A model generated the notes under the pieces. That model had not been told where the DNA came from. It made no database searches and worked only from the letters and a program-made list of their open reading frames with translations. From positions 3 to 64,002 of the forward strand of contig CATWNM010000009.1 of NCBI GenBank assembly GCA_958352145.1: a DNA stretch of 64,000 nt. Direction: 5' to 3'. Below, in pieces: positions 28,111-38,419 of this stretch (position 1 is the first letter of the stretch; each line of letters opens with the position of its first letter). The DNA is from an uncultured Eubacteriales bacterium (lineage in GTDB: Bacteria > Bacillota > Clostridia > Oscillospirales > CAG-272). The translations under genes and the position numbers were made by a program.

Positions 28111-29442
28111 TCACTCACCGAAAGCCCAGCGCATCAGCGCCAGCAACGGCCGGCCGTTCTCACACGAACTTTCGCCGTTTGAAACCAAAAACTCCGAAAC
28201 GGCATCCGGGGAGGTCAGCGCCGACAAGCTCAAATTGGCACGACGGAATTTCAGCTTGCTGCTCTCGCTCTTATCGTTTGTGCCGCTGCTGCATACCGCA
28301 TACAGGCGGCCGTCGAGATACTCTACACAGCACCAGATCTGATAACCGTTTGAAACCTGTGCAATCGGATCCGCAAGTTTTTCAAAGGAGGAAGAAACGC
28401 CGCCTGTCGTCGGCACAATTCCACTGTTCAGCGTGACCACGCCTTTTGACACAATGACGTCCATGTTGCAGTTATATACCGCTTTTTCAGCAGGCGTCCC
28501 TATATAATCTTCGTCGCACATATAGGAAACCGCGATCCGGCCGTCACCCAGCGTTGTAATATACGGCGCAGCGCAGCGATCGCCTGCCGTAATATTCTGC
28601 GGCGCTGCAATCGGCACAGGCGTACTCCAGCTTTTGCCGTCCGCCGAGCGAGACATCGAAATTACAAATGGAGACTGGCCATAAACGCCGTTATAACTGC
28701 GGCGGTTGTAGTCAAATGCTTCAAACACCATCGCAAAACTGCCGTCCGAAAGCTGCGTCACAACCGGCATGCCGTCTCTCGAATTTCTGGAAATGCCGTT
28801 GATCGCCACGCGCTGCGTTTTGTTCCATGTTTTTGTCTCAAGGTCATACGTTACATAACAGATATTCTGCTGCGCGCCGCCAACGATCCCATCCAGATCG
28901 TTGGCATAGTACAGCGCCAGCGTGTCCTCGTCAATCTGAATAATAAACGGTTCCCAGTAGCCGCGAAAAGCGCTGGCAGTGTTTTCAACCAAAATTTCCT
29001 CATTTATGAAAGTCTCGGCATTGTCATTGCTGTACATTACCCGAATCGACGTATAAAATTCTCCGGTGGTATAATTTGCGGTTCGAGCGCGATACGAAAG
29101 CATGACCGTGCCGTCCATTAAAACAAAAGGCTGCCAATTTTCACGTACCAAAGTATGCGTTTGTCCGCTGGAAGAAACAACCGTGGTCGCGCTGTTCTGC
29201 GTCACGTCCTTTCGAACCCATGTTTGGCCGCCGTTTACACTTTTGCGGATCGTGCCGCTGTTTGCCAAAATCAGCGTTCCATTACTCAGTATATCCAGCC
29301 GCGGATAGCCGGCGACATTCACCGGCGGAACCGCGGACGCAGCCTCCCAAACCACAGCCTGCATTCCGGAAGCGCCCGCCGGCATCATAAGCATCGCCAG
29401 TAATAAAAAACTCGAAACTAAAATCATACAAAATTTTCTCAT
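28111..29442 (-). CDS. Secreted BNR/Asp-box repeat protein (sialidase-like beta-propeller)
   Basis: Signal peptide MRKFCMILVSSFLLLAMLMMPAGASG. Asp-box-like motifs SVNGGQTW, SNDNAETF and SADGKSWS. Confidence 0.7.
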   Translation of the reverse strand: MRKFCMILVSSFLLLAMLMMPAGASGMQAVVWEAASAVPPVNVAGYPRLDILSNGTLILANSGTIRKSVNGGQTWVRKDVTQNSATTVVSSSGQTHTLVRENWQPFVLMDGTVMLSYRARTANYTTGEFYTSIRVMYSNDNAETFINEEILVENTASAFRGYWEPFIIQIDEDTLALYYANDLDGIVGGAQQNICYVTYDLETKTWNKTQRVAINGISRNSRDGMPVVTQLSDGSFAMVFEAFDYNRRSYNGVYGQSPFVISMSRSADGKSWSTPVPIAAPQNITAGDRCAAPYITTLGDGRIAVSYMCDEDYIGTPAEKAVYNCNMDVIVSKGVVTLNSGIVPTTGGVSSSFEKLADPIAQVSNGYQIWCCVEYLDGRLYAVCSSGTNDKSESSKLKFRRANLSLSALTSPDAVSEFLVSNGESSCENGRPLLALMRWAFGE

Positions 29443-29485
29443 AGCGTCCTCTTTTCATAAAAAATTGATGAAATATTGTGATTCT

Positions 29486-29514
29486 ATTATAGAATAAGCA
29501 CATAAGATTGTCAA
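29486..29514 (-). promoter_or_regulatory. Consensus sigma-A promoter for the BNR gene
   Basis: Minus strand reads TTGACA-17 nt-TATAAT, with RBS AAAGAGGA before ATG 29442. Confidence 0.65.
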
Positions 29515-29686
29515 TAAATTCCAAATATTTTTATGTGTATATTATTTGATTCTTTTATAATAAATTATAACAATTGGAAGTTTTAATCCAATCTATCCGT
29601 TTTTGAAAACTTATTTTTCTATGTGCTTGCGTCAGAAAAGCATGGATATTCGCTTCGCACGCTGCAAAGGTGGCGCTTGCGAAGCA

Positions 29687-29731
29687 AAATGCGCATAAAC
29701 AGCGGCGCTTACCCGCTCTTTATGCGCATTT
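29687..29731. terminator. Long stem-loop terminator downstream of the ABC operon
   Basis: AAATGCGCATAAA ... TTTATGCGCATTT encloses an inner AGCGG/CCGCT hairpin, with T runs on both strands. Confidence 0.65.
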
Positions 29732-29792
29732 TTATTTCATCATTTATCCAGCATACGCTTTCGGTTTGCAGCGAAAAATACGGCCGACAAGC

Positions 29793-30536
29793 TCAAAGTA
29801 CTTTCGATAAAAAATCCACCGTCCGGCGATTTTGCGGATGTTCAAAAATATCCTCCGGTGTGCCTGCCTCCAAAATCTTCCCTCCGTCAATGAACAAAAC
29901 TCGGTCGGCAACCTCGCGCGCAAATCCCATCTCGTGCGTAACCACAGCCATTGTCATGCCGTCTGCCGCCAGTTTTTTCATGACGGCAAGAACTTCGCCG
30001 ACCATTTCCGGGTCGAGCGCGCTCGTCGGCTCGTCAAACAACATAACTTCCGGCTCCATGCAGAGCGCGCGTACGATTGCAATCCGCTGCTTTTGTCCGC
30101 CGGAAAGCTGCGACGGATAGCTCTGCGCACGGTCAGACAGCCCAACGCGTTCCAGAAGTTCCATCGCTTTCGCTTCCGCCTCTTTCCTGGATCGCTTTAA
30201 AAGCTTCATCGGCGCGATCGTCATATTTCTCAAAACCGTCATATGCGGAAACAGATTAAAATGCTGAAATACCATCCCCATTTTGCGCCGGTGCAGATTG
30301 ATATCTACTTTCGGGTCGGTAATATTGACGCCGTCGAATTCAATTGTCCCGCCTGTGGGCGTCTCAAGCAGATTCAGCGAACGCAGAAACGTAGACTTCC
30401 CGCTGCCTGACGGGCCAATGATGACCACGACCTCGCCGCGCGCAATGGACACGGATACGCCGTCGAGCGCCTTGATTTTTCCGTCTCTGTAATAAACCCG
30501 AAGATCTTCGGTACGGATCAAAACATTACCGTTCAT
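29793..30536 (-). CDS. Amino-acid ABC transporter ATP-binding protein (GlnQ type)
   Basis: Walker [10 protein letters not shown], signature LSGGQKQR, Walker [14 protein letters not shown] chose internal ATG 30536, which overlaps the permease stop. Confidence 0.9.
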   Translation of the reverse strand: MNGNVLIRTEDLRVYYRDGKIKALDGVSVSIARGEVVVIIGPSGSGKSTFLRSLNLLETPTGGTIEFDGVNITDPKVDINLHRRKMGMVFQHFNLFPHMTVLRNMTIAPMKLLKRSRKEAEAKAMELLERVGLSDRAQSYPSQLSGGQKQRIAIVRALCMEPEVMLFDEPTSALDPEMVGEVLAVMKKLAADGMTMAVVTHEMGFAREVADRVLFIDGGKILEAGTPEDIFEHPQNRRTVDFLSKVL

Positions 30537-31893
30537 TGCTGCGCAGCCTCCTTTCCAGCTTTCCAACCAGCCATTGCAGGAACATGACGACAATCAAATA
30601 AACGATAGCTACCGCAATCAAAGGCATAAACGCGCTGTACGTAATGCCCCGGATGATGTCACCACCCCGCGCCAAATCGTTGAGTCCTATATACGCTGAA
30701 ACCGAAGTCTCTTTGAGCAGAACGATAAACTCGTTGGCAAGCGCTGGAAGCACAGCTTTAAAGGTCTGCGGCAAAATAATATACCACATCGTCTGCGCAT
30801 AATTAAAACCGAGGCTGCGGCCCGCTTCCATCTGCCCCGCATCCACAGCCATAATCCCTCCGCGAACGATCTCTGCGACATATGCGCCCGAGTTTAGGCC
30901 AAAGCAGATAATGGCCGCAATAAATTTATCGATGCCGGCCGGCATAAAGATCACAAAATAAATGATCATGAGTTGGACGAGCACCGGAGTACCGCGCAAA
31001 ACGGTCAAATAAATCCGGCAGATTGCATTGGGAAATCTCAGCTTGCCGGTCTTTTCGTTTGTACAGCGGACAATCGCAACCAAAAAACCGATAACAACGC
31101 CGATAATCAGTGCAAAAAAGGTCACGCGAACGGTCACCCAAAGGCCCTTAACGATATACTTCCAGTTTCCGTTTTGAATAAAATTGCGCTCAAATTCGTA
31201 TTTTAAATTATTCCATGCGCGAATGACCGGCACCGACACATCCGGCTGACGGCTCGTATAAGTAAGAGAAAAGCACTCGGTTAAACCTTTTTTTAAATTG
31301 GTATTGACCGTAACCTGCGTCCCGCCGATTTCGATGGAAGAAAGCGCCATGATCTCTTTGGCCGCCGATACAACGCCGCCGAAATAAGCGTCAACCACTT
31401 CATCCGAGGTATAAACCTGAAAACCGTCTGCCGTCTCATACAACGTCACGATCACCTCGCTCGATACAGGCTCCGCCTCCGAAAGAAGCGTCAAAAGCTT
31501 TGAATCAATCTTCAGCTTCAGCTTGGTCGAAGTCATTTCAATGCCGGTAACCGGATCCTTGGTATCCATATCGAGCAAAAACGCGGCGTTATCCAAAATT
31601 ACACGCTTTGCATCTATGGTATGAAAGACGCATGTCACCTCGATATCCTTTGTTAGACCATAATCCAGCGACAAAATTTCAAACGAGCTTTCGGTCTCTA
31701 TGTATTTTATGGAATCGCGCGCATATTTGCCCGGCATCGTCGAAAAAGCGTCCGTAATGAGCCGGCGCGCCTCGTTCTCGGTGATCTCGGAAGCAGCCAT
31801 ATTTTTTTTGGTATACAGCCAGCCAAATAAGACGGCTGCCGCTGTCAAAACGACGGCGATTCCGATCAGCAGAAATTTTTTTCTGTTCTTCAT
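30526..31893 (-). CDS. Amino-acid ABC transporter permease (HisM/GlnP type) fused to a ~250-aa N-terminal extracytoplasmic domain
   Basis: The C-terminal ~215 aa has permease motifs ([36 protein letters not shown]). The N-terminal part has one TM plus a domain I do not recognise. Confidence 0.8.
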   Translation of the reverse strand: MKNRKKFLLIGIAVVLTAAAVLFGWLYTKKNMAASEITENEARRLITDAFSTMPGKYARDSIKYIETESSFEILSLDYGLTKDIEVTCVFHTIDAKRVILDNAAFLLDMDTKDPVTGIEMTSTKLKLKIDSKLLTLLSEAEPVSSEVIVTLYETADGFQVYTSDEVVDAYFGGVVSAAKEIMALSSIEIGGTQVTVNTNLKKGLTECFSLTYTSRQPDVSVPVIRAWNNLKYEFERNFIQNGNWKYIVKGLWVTVRVTFFALIIGVVIGFLVAIVRCTNEKTGKLRFPNAICRIYLTVLRGTPVLVQLMIIYFVIFMPAGIDKFIAAIICFGLNSGAYVAEIVRGGIMAVDAGQMEAGRSLGFNYAQTMWYIILPQTFKAVLPALANEFIVLLKETSVSAYIGLNDLARGGDIIRGITYSAFMPLIAVAIVYLIVVMFLQWLVGKLERRLRSNER

Positions 31894-31978
31894 ACCTTTA
31901 TCCTTTGCGCCGCGCCCGTATGTCAAACGAACAAAAATAGGAGCAGCGTTCCCCTGCTCCTATTTTCCCGCAGCCTAA

Positions 31979-32824
31979 TTATTCAGCAGAGATATACTTT
32001 GCAAGAATCGTATCAATCGTGCCGTCGGCAATGAGCGTCTCCAGCGCGCCGTTGATGGCGTCAAGCAGTTCGGTATTGTCTTTGGCAACCGCGATCGCAT
32101 ATTCCTCGATCGCATAATCGGTTTCAAGAAGGGTCAGCCCCGTATTGGACTGCACAAAAACTTTGGCGGGTTCATTGTCGATGATCACAGCGTCCACATC
32201 GCCGCCGATCAGCGCCAGCACCGCATCCGCGCCTTTTGCATACTTAATCACATTATCTTCGCCAAAATCCTCAGACGCGAAAATGTCTCCGGTCGTCACC
32301 AACTGTACACCGATCTTTTTACCGTTCAGATCGTCCAGGGATTTGATATCGGACCCCTCCTTGACGATGACCGACTGAATTCCGGTCGCATAGCTGGAAG
32401 AGAAATTCACGCTCTCCAGCCGCTTATCCGTGACCGTCATGCCCGCTACGCCAATATCGACGCCGCCCGAAACGACAGAAGCAATGATCGAATCGAACTT
32501 CATGTCCTCAATCACCAGTTCCATGCCAAGCTTGTCCGCAATGGCTGCCGCAATCTCTACATCGATACCGACGATCTTTTCATTATCATAATACTCATAC
32601 GGCGGGAATTCCGCATTGGTGCCCATTTTCAAAACTTTTTTGCTGTCGTCGGGCGCGCTGGTATCCGTCGTATCCGAGGAGGCATCCTGAGCCGGCGTGG
32701 ATGAACTGGCGTCAGGCGTACTGTCCGATGTGCTGTCAGGCTCTTTTTCACCGCAGGCGGCAAAGCTGGCGGCACACAGTACGAGCGCAAGCGCCGCACA
32801 GAAAATCTTTACAAATTTTTTCAT
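31979..32824 (-). CDS. Amino-acid ABC transporter substrate-binding lipoprotein
   Basis: ATG 32824 follows a GGAGAA RBS. Lipobox LVLCAASFAACG, a Ser/Asp-rich linker, then an SBP_bac_3-like domain (GIDVEIA, DIGVAGMT). Confidence 0.85.
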   Translation of the reverse strand: MKKFVKIFCAALALVLCAASFAACGEKEPDSTSDSTPDASSSTPAQDASSDTTDTSAPDDSKKVLKMGTNAEFPPYEYYDNEKIVGIDVEIAAAIADKLGMELVIEDMKFDSIIASVVSGGVDIGVAGMTVTDKRLESVNFSSSYATGIQSVIVKEGSDIKSLDDLNGKKIGVQLVTTGDIFASEDFGEDNVIKYAKGADAVLALIGGDVDAVIIDNEPAKVFVQSNTGLTLLETDYAIEEYAIAVAKDNTELLDAINGALETLIADGTIDTILAKYISAE

Positions 32825-32875
32825 AACTTTTGTTTCTCCTGTAAAAATGTTCGCGGGTTCCCCCGCGCTTCCAAT

Positions 32876-32904
32876 AGTATACGCTAATAAATATGCATTG
32901 TCAA
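32876..32904 (-). promoter_or_regulatory. Sigma-A type promoter for the ABC operon
   Basis: Minus strand reads TTGACA-17 nt-TATACT. A short leader follows with the CGCGGG-ggaa-CCCGCG hairpin. Confidence 0.55.
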
Positions 32905-32966
32905 TAGATAAAAATGCACAAAAACGCCGAAAAACAGCCGGCCTTCCAAAAGACGCGTCCCCGGCG

Positions 32967-33977
32967 TCAATCATCCGGGGTAAGCAGAATTTCTCCAGCG
33001 ACGCTCTGTGCAAAGAAATGTCGGATCTGCGCGGGATCCATCCCGTTGCCGAGCGCCCACATCAATTTTGTAACCGCCGCTTCCGTCGTCATATCATAGC
33101 CCTGGATCACGCCGACGCCGAGCAAGCGTTTTCCCACCTCATAGACATCCAGATTGCTGCCGTCGTAAAGGCATTGGCTGCAAGTCACCACCGAAACGCC
33201 GCGCTCCGCCAGCATACGAACCTTGCCTGCAAGATCGCGGTGCAAAAAATGCATGCCGCCGACGCCGAACGCCTCGATGACTACGCCCCGGTAGCCCATC
33301 TCGCAAAGCTTGTCAAAGACCGTCGGGGAAAGTCCTGGCGTGAGCTTAATCAAAAAAACGTCCGTGCTGACCTGATCGCACAGTTTCGGCACGCCGCGCA
33401 GCGGCGGCAGCACATCCCGGTAAATTTTGAGCCCCGCTGCGGTCTCTGTCGCAGCATAGCGCATATTGACGCTCTCAAACGCGTCAAAGCTCTCGGCGCG
33501 CACTTTTACGGCGCGGCAGCCGAGCATGACTTTTCTGCTGAACGCCACAAAAACGCCGGGACAGCCAGACGCCGCCATTAGAAACGCCGTCCGCAAATTA
33601 TCAAAGGCGTCGGACACCGGACTCTGCATGGGCAGCTGCGCCCCGGTCAGCACGACAGGCAAATCAATGCATCTCAGCATAAACGAAAGCGCGGATGCCG
33701 TATAGGCCATCGTATCCGTACCATGCGTGATCACGATTCCGTCAAAGTGCGTACGGTTTTCAAAAACACAGCGCGCAATACGCGACCATTCCTCCGGCTG
33801 GATGTTCGAGCTGTCCAGCCGCATCAGATCGCACACCTTCACATCGTAATAAAACCGCAGACGATCGATCTCCTCCGCGAGAATCTCGCTTCCAGCCGGA
33901 ACAAGACCGTCCGGGCTTTCCACCGAGGCAATCGTGCCGCCCGTGGTAATGAGCAGAATTTTCTTTTTGAATTCCAT
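32967..33977 (-). CDS. ansA: L-asparaginase (type I)
   Basis: N-terminal ILLITTGGTIAS and HGTDTM motifs, 336 aa. Confidence 0.85.
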   Translation of the reverse strand: MEFKKKILLITTGGTIASVESPDGLVPAGSEILAEEIDRLRFYYDVKVCDLMRLDSSNIQPEEWSRIARCVFENRTHFDGIVITHGTDTMAYTASALSFMLRCIDLPVVLTGAQLPMQSPVSDAFDNLRTAFLMAASGCPGVFVAFSRKVMLGCRAVKVRAESFDAFESVNMRYAATETAAGLKIYRDVLPPLRGVPKLCDQVSTDVFLIKLTPGLSPTVFDKLCEMGYRGVVIEAFGVGGMHFLHRDLAGKVRMLAERGVSVVTCSQCLYDGSNLDVYEVGKRLLGVGVIQGYDMTTEAAVTKLMWALGNGMDPAQIRHFFAQSVAGEILLTPDD

Positions 33978-34070
33978 CTTCTATTTTACCCTTTTTATTA
34001 TTGATTCTAACATTTTCCTCTGTGCATTGCAACTTCTTTCTCAAATATGAGCCGTTTTCCGCGTTCTGTA

Positions 34071-34099
34071 TTGCAAACGCCGTCAAATCATGCTACAAT
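34071..34099 (+). promoter_or_regulatory. Sigma-A type promoter
   Basis: TTGCAA-17 nt-TACAAT with an extended -10 (TGcTACAAT), 24 nt before ATG 34123. Confidence 0.5.
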
Positions 34100-34122
34100 A
34101 AAAGCATATCTACATAGGGGGA

Positions 34123-35148
34123 ATGACTTTGGGCACGCGAAAACAGGAAATCGGGCTTGTTTCTATATGCCTTTGCATTTTGGTCGTTTTCATCCATGTC
34201 AGTTCTTGGACGATTCAAGTCATGGATACGCAAAGTATTCAATTTATCTTTCTGATGATCCCCTGGCGGCTCAGCGCTTTTGTTGTACAAGGCTTTATTT
34301 TTCTGTCGGGGCTAAAACTTTTTTTATCGCAAAAACCGTTTTCATACAGCGCTTTTCTGCGTTCCCGCGCCAAAAAAATCCTGCTCCCTTATCTGATCTG
34401 GATTGGCATCTATTATGCCTTTTTTATTATGATCGGCTGGTATCGTTTCTCCATACGCGATCTTATAGAATATATTTTTCTGGGCACGCTTTGTTCGCAC
34501 TTTTATTTCGTCGTCATTATCGCGCAGTTTTATCTACTGCTGCCGATTTTCCGAATGCTGTTTTCCCGATTCGATGCGAGACTGCTCTGCGCCGCCGCGC
34601 TGCTGATTACCGTAAGTTTCAAGCTTTTTGTCCATATTCAATATGAGGACCGCATGTTTCCCGGCTATCTTCTCTATTTTACGCTTGGTGCGACGGCCGG
34701 CAAAAACTACGAAAAATTCTGCACCCGGATCCAAAAGCGCTTTAGCCTTATCTGTGCCGCTTTCGCGCTATTCGCCACCACAGACGCTTATTTTACATGG
34801 CGCTCCATGGCGCGCGGAGAAATTTTCCCTTGGATGGAGGCGCTACACATTGCTTACGCGATCTCCGCCATTCTCTTTTTCTTTGGACTGTGTCTGTATA
34901 TCTCAAAAGCCCTCAAACGTCCGCTCCAGTTCATTTTCATATGTGAACGATCCACCTATATGATTTATCTTTCGCATATCCTGCCCATTTATGTTGCAAA
35001 CGAACTGGCTGTACGGCTCTCTATCACCGGCATGGCGGCGACGTTCCTCTTTCGCGCGGTCTTCACGTACACGACCGCTTTTGCCGGCTGTATCCTGTAT
35101 ACGGCTGTAAAGGAAAATTTTCTTCATAGGAGAAAGAAAACCGTATGA
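34123..35148 (+). CDS. Acyltransferase family 3 membrane protein
   Basis: 341 aa with ~10 TM segments. The N-terminal IHVSS region and overall topology are typical of acyltransferase_3 (OatA-like) proteins. Confidence 0.7.
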   Translation: MTLGTRKQEIGLVSICLCILVVFIHVSSWTIQVMDTQSIQFIFLMIPWRLSAFVVQGFIFLSGLKLFLSQKPFSYSAFLRSRAKKILLPYLIWIGIYYAFFIMIGWYRFSIRDLIEYIFLGTLCSHFYFVVIIAQFYLLLPIFRMLFSRFDARLLCAAALLITVSFKLFVHIQYEDRMFPGYLLYFTLGATAGKNYEKFCTRIQKRFSLICAAFALFATTDAYFTWRSMARGEIFPWMEALHIAYAISAILFFFGLCLYISKALKRPLQFIFICERSTYMIYLSHILPIYVANELAVRLSITGMAATFLFRAVFTYTTAFAGCILYTAVKENFLHRRKKTV

Positions 35149-36293
35149 TTCATACAAAAATCCTAAACAGCGGCATGCACGCGCTGTTCGAAGAGCAGCT
35201 TGCCGCGCACGAATGTTTCGGCGGCGCAGCCGCCGTCACGGAAAACGGCGAATTTCGGTTTTTTGAATCTTTCGGCGGTCCGCGCTTTCCCCAAAATGGG
35301 ATGTTCCGCCTCGCCTCGGTCACAAAACTTTTCACGGCGGCGGCGATTGTGCGACTGGAGGAAGAGGGACTGTTAGAGACCGGCGCGCCTGTTTCCCGTT
35401 ATCTTCCAGGCTTCGCCCGCATGACAATCGGCGAGATCACAGAAAACGGGCAAATCTATGCCCGCGCCATGCCGGCCCGTGAAATCACACTTTTTGATCT
35501 GCTGACGCACACCGCGGGACTTGGCGCGGACACGCTCGGCAACCGGGAATACGCGCTGATCCCCGCTGAAAGCAAAACCTCGCTTGCAGCGGCAGTCGAT
35601 TACTATGCCGGGCATTTTCATCTGGCATTCGAACCGGGAACCAAGACGGCCTACAGCGGTTTTGCCGGATATGACGTGCTGGCAAGGATCGCGGAAACAG
35701 TCAGCGGCGCAAGCTATGGCGCGCTGCTGAGCGAACTGTTTTTCATGCCGCTCGGCATGCGCGACACAACTTTCTGTCCATCGGAAGAACAATGGAGCAG
35801 ACTGACGCCGGTACACAAGCGGATCGCGGGGCAAGATATCGAGGTAGATTTCCGGCATACGCTGTTTCGCGGCTTTCCGGTCAGCTATGAAGCCGGCGGC
35901 GCGGCGCTCGCCTCCACCGCGGCGGATATGGCCGTCTTTCTCAGCATGCTGGCCTGCAAAGGCGTCTATGCAGGCACGCACGTGCTGAAAGAGGATTCCG
36001 TGACCTATATGCTTTCCCCAAAGCTTCCGCGCGGGCTTCCAGGCCTTACGCGCGGCGAAAACCGGGGGTTTGGATGCATCGTACACGACGGCGCCGGACG
36101 CCTCCCCCGCGGCACTGCCGTATGCCACGGCGCATACGGCACGCACGCGCTGATTTTAGCAGACCGGCAAACCGCAGGTATCCTGCTCAAGAATTCTTAC
36201 GTCGATATGTCGGAAAATCCCCGTGCCGCGCTTGCGTTTGAACAAACGCTTCTGGCCGCCTGCGGCCTGCGCGCGGCGGAATCAAACGAGTAA
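35145..36293 (+). CDS. Serine hydrolase (beta-lactamase / PBP4*-like family)
   Basis: SxxK motif in FRLASVTKLF, 382 aa, ATGA overlap with the upstream gene. Confidence 0.75.
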   Translation: MIHTKILNSGMHALFEEQLAAHECFGGAAAVTENGEFRFFESFGGPRFPQNGMFRLASVTKLFTAAAIVRLEEEGLLETGAPVSRYLPGFARMTIGEITENGQIYARAMPAREITLFDLLTHTAGLGADTLGNREYALIPAESKTSLAAAVDYYAGHFHLAFEPGTKTAYSGFAGYDVLARIAETVSGASYGALLSELFFMPLGMRDTTFCPSEEQWSRLTPVHKRIAGQDIEVDFRHTLFRGFPVSYEAGGAALASTAADMAVFLSMLACKGVYAGTHVLKEDSVTYMLSPKLPRGLPGLTRGENRGFGCIVHDGAGRLPRGTAVCHGAYGTHALILADRQTAGILLKNSYVDMSENPRAALAFEQTLLAACGLRAAESNE

Positions 36294-36383
36294 ACATACG
36301 CAAAGCTTTCCGTTTCCCTCAAAAAGCGCGCCGTACCGCATAAAATCCCGCCTGCCGCGCATACTGCATGCGAGGTGATTTAC

Positions 36384-36593
36384 ATGAAACGTGAAAACAG
36401 CGGACTCGGCGACATTCCGCTCGGACTCGGCATGGCGCTCGCACAAAATCCGGCGGCGATGAAAACGTTCGCCGATCTGCCAAAAGAGCGCAGAGAAGCT
36501 GTACTCGCACAGGCAGGCGCGGTCAAATCCAAAGCGGAAATGCGGCGTCTTGTTGCCGGCCTTGCTGAAAATTCATCCCTGCCTCTGGAATAA
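36384..36593 (+). CDS. Hypothetical small protein (69 aa)
   Basis: ATG 36384 lies 6 nt after GAGGTG, and a strong terminator follows. No motif recognised. Confidence 0.5.
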   Translation: MKRENSGLGDIPLGLGMALAQNPAAMKTFADLPKERREAVLAQAGAVKSKAEMRRLVAGLAENSSLPLE

Positions 36594-36614
36594 CGGAGCG
36601 CCTTGGGCAAAACG

Positions 36615-36653
36615 AAAAACGGATACACGGCAGCTTGCCGTGTATCCGTTTTT
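36615..36653. terminator. Bidirectional terminator
   Basis: Perfect 18-bp stem AAAAACGGATACACGGCA-gct-TGCCGTGTATCCGTTTTT between convergent genes. Confidence 0.85.
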
Positions 36654-36656
36654 CAA

Positions 36657-37127
36657 TCAGTTAAGCAGCGCAATCCCGAGGTTCAAATATCCCGCAAAAG
36701 TTACCCACAAAAGATAGGGGACCATCAGCCAAGCGGCGGTCTTTGAAACACGGGAAAACAAAACAATGGTAACCAGAATCAAAATCCACAGTACGATCAG
36801 CCAAAAAAACGCAAAAAAATACCACTGCAGGTTAAAAAACCAGAAAGTCCAGAAAAAATTAAATACCAGCTGAATTCCATAAACTTTCAGCGCGCGCTCC
36901 ACTGCCTGCTGCGGCGCACCCGAATTCAAAACAAGATAAGCGGCGACGCCCATCAATATGTACAGCAAAGTCCAAACCACGGGAAACAGCCAGCCCGGCG
37001 GAGACAGCGGCGGTTTGTTCATCATAGCGAACGCGGCCATGCCGCCTCTGGAAATCAAGCCCGCGATCCCGCCTACGATCAGCGGGACGGCAACGCTGAT
37101 CAGCAGCGTTTTCCATCTGATTTTCAA
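36657..37127 (-). CDS. tspO: TspO/MBR family tryptophan-rich sensory protein
   Basis: 156 aa with 5 TM segments. Contains KPPLSPPGWLFPVVWTLLYILMG, which is typical of TspO. Confidence 0.85.
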   Translation of the reverse strand: MKIRWKTLLISVAVPLIVGGIAGLISRGGMAAFAMMNKPPLSPPGWLFPVVWTLLYILMGVAAYLVLNSGAPQQAVERALKVYGIQLVFNFFWTFWFFNLQWYFFAFFWLIVLWILILVTIVLFSRVSKTAAWLMVPYLLWVTFAGYLNLGIALLN

Positions 37128-37252
37128 TGTATCACCCCCCGCTAGTATATTTTCATAACCGCCGCATTATGACAGCGGGGTACAAAATACACATAAGGGG
37201 TTTCAGCAATACCGCAAACAGGAGGCAGCGCTCTTTTCAAAAGCGCGCCGCG

Positions 37253-38125
37253 TTAAAGCTCGGAAAGCCTATGCAGACAGGGTTCAAGTGAAACGCCTTC
37301 TCGGCTTGGCGTATCAAATCCCATCGAAAAATCAATCACATCCCGGACAAATGCGCTCGCCGCAGCCACAGCGGAGGGAAATGCCGCGCCGGACAACAGC
37401 TTGCCGAGCATCACGCTGGCAAACAATTCGCCCGTCCCCGGATACGCGCCGCCGACACGCTTCAAGCTCACAAAAAAGGGCGTACGGTCCATAGAGGCCG
37501 CCGATACGTCCAGCCCAGCCGTCACAATATTTCCCGCGCCCGCGGCAATGCCCGTAATGACAACCTTCTGCGGTCCAATTTCAGACAGCGCGTATAAAAG
37601 CCCGGCAACATATTCGGTCAGCGCGCGCTCCGGCATAGACGCGGTATCTTCAAAAGGCCTACCGCACAACATGCACGCTTCCGTCAGATTCGGCACGATG
37701 ATATCCGCCCGCGCGCACAGCGCATGCATTCCGCGCACAATCTCGGGAGCGCAGGCGGAATACAGAGCACCGTCGTCTCCGAGCACCGGATCAACCAAAA
37801 CCGTCGCGTCCCCGCCGCCAAAGCGCGCGACAAACCGCTCGATCAGCCCGCACTGTGCGGCGGAGGCCAAAAAGCCGGTATAGATTGCATCAAACCGCAG
37901 GTTCAGCGCCGCCCAGTGCGCCGCGATCGTTTCGACCGAATCGCTGAGATCCTTGAAATAATACCCCTCGAAACCGCCCGTATGCGTCGACAAAAGCGCC
38001 GTCGGAAGCGGCACCGTCTGTATCCCCATAGCAGAAAGCGCGGGGATCACGACGGTCAGCGCACAGCGGCCAAATCCCGATAAATCATGCAGCGCGGCCA
38101 CGCGCCGGATGCGTTTTTTTTCCAC
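37253..38125 (-). CDS. pdxK: Pyridoxal/pyridoxamine kinase
   Basis: 290 aa. N-terminus RVAALHDLSGFGRCAL...PLPTALLSTHTGGF and C-terminal GTGELFASV (ribokinase-fold PdxK/PdxY type). Confidence 0.75.
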   Translation of the reverse strand: MEKKRIRRVAALHDLSGFGRCALTVVIPALSAMGIQTVPLPTALLSTHTGGFEGYYFKDLSDSVETIAAHWAALNLRFDAIYTGFLASAAQCGLIERFVARFGGGDATVLVDPVLGDDGALYSACAPEIVRGMHALCARADIIVPNLTEACMLCGRPFEDTASMPERALTEYVAGLLYALSEIGPQKVVITGIAAGAGNIVTAGLDVSAASMDRTPFFVSLKRVGGAYPGTGELFASVMLGKLLSGAAFPSAVAAASAFVRDVIDFSMGFDTPSREGVSLEPCLHRLSEL

Positions 38126-38302
38126 AGCAAGCGCTCCTTTTGTATTTTAGAAAATCCACCTGCAGTTCCTTTGCAAGCGCAGCAAGACATGCGATCGTTT
38201 TTTTTGCAGAAATACACAGCGCGCTGTTTTTCTGCGCTTCTATCATACACGGATTTGCCGGAATTTGCAAGACCGTATTTTTGATTTTCTGCCGGATATG
38301 GC

Positions 38303-38332
38303 TTGACACCGCGCCTGCAAATGTTATATAAT
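38303..38332 (+). promoter_or_regulatory. Sigma-A type promoter for rny
   Basis: TTGACA-18 nt-TATAAT, ~90 nt upstream of ATG 38420. Confidence 0.6.
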
Positions 38333-38419
38333 AGATTTGTGTAAATATGCGGCGGCTTATATCGTGGCCGGCCCCGACTTACATATTTCCCTGAAACTTT
38401 ACAAGGAGGTACGATTGTA

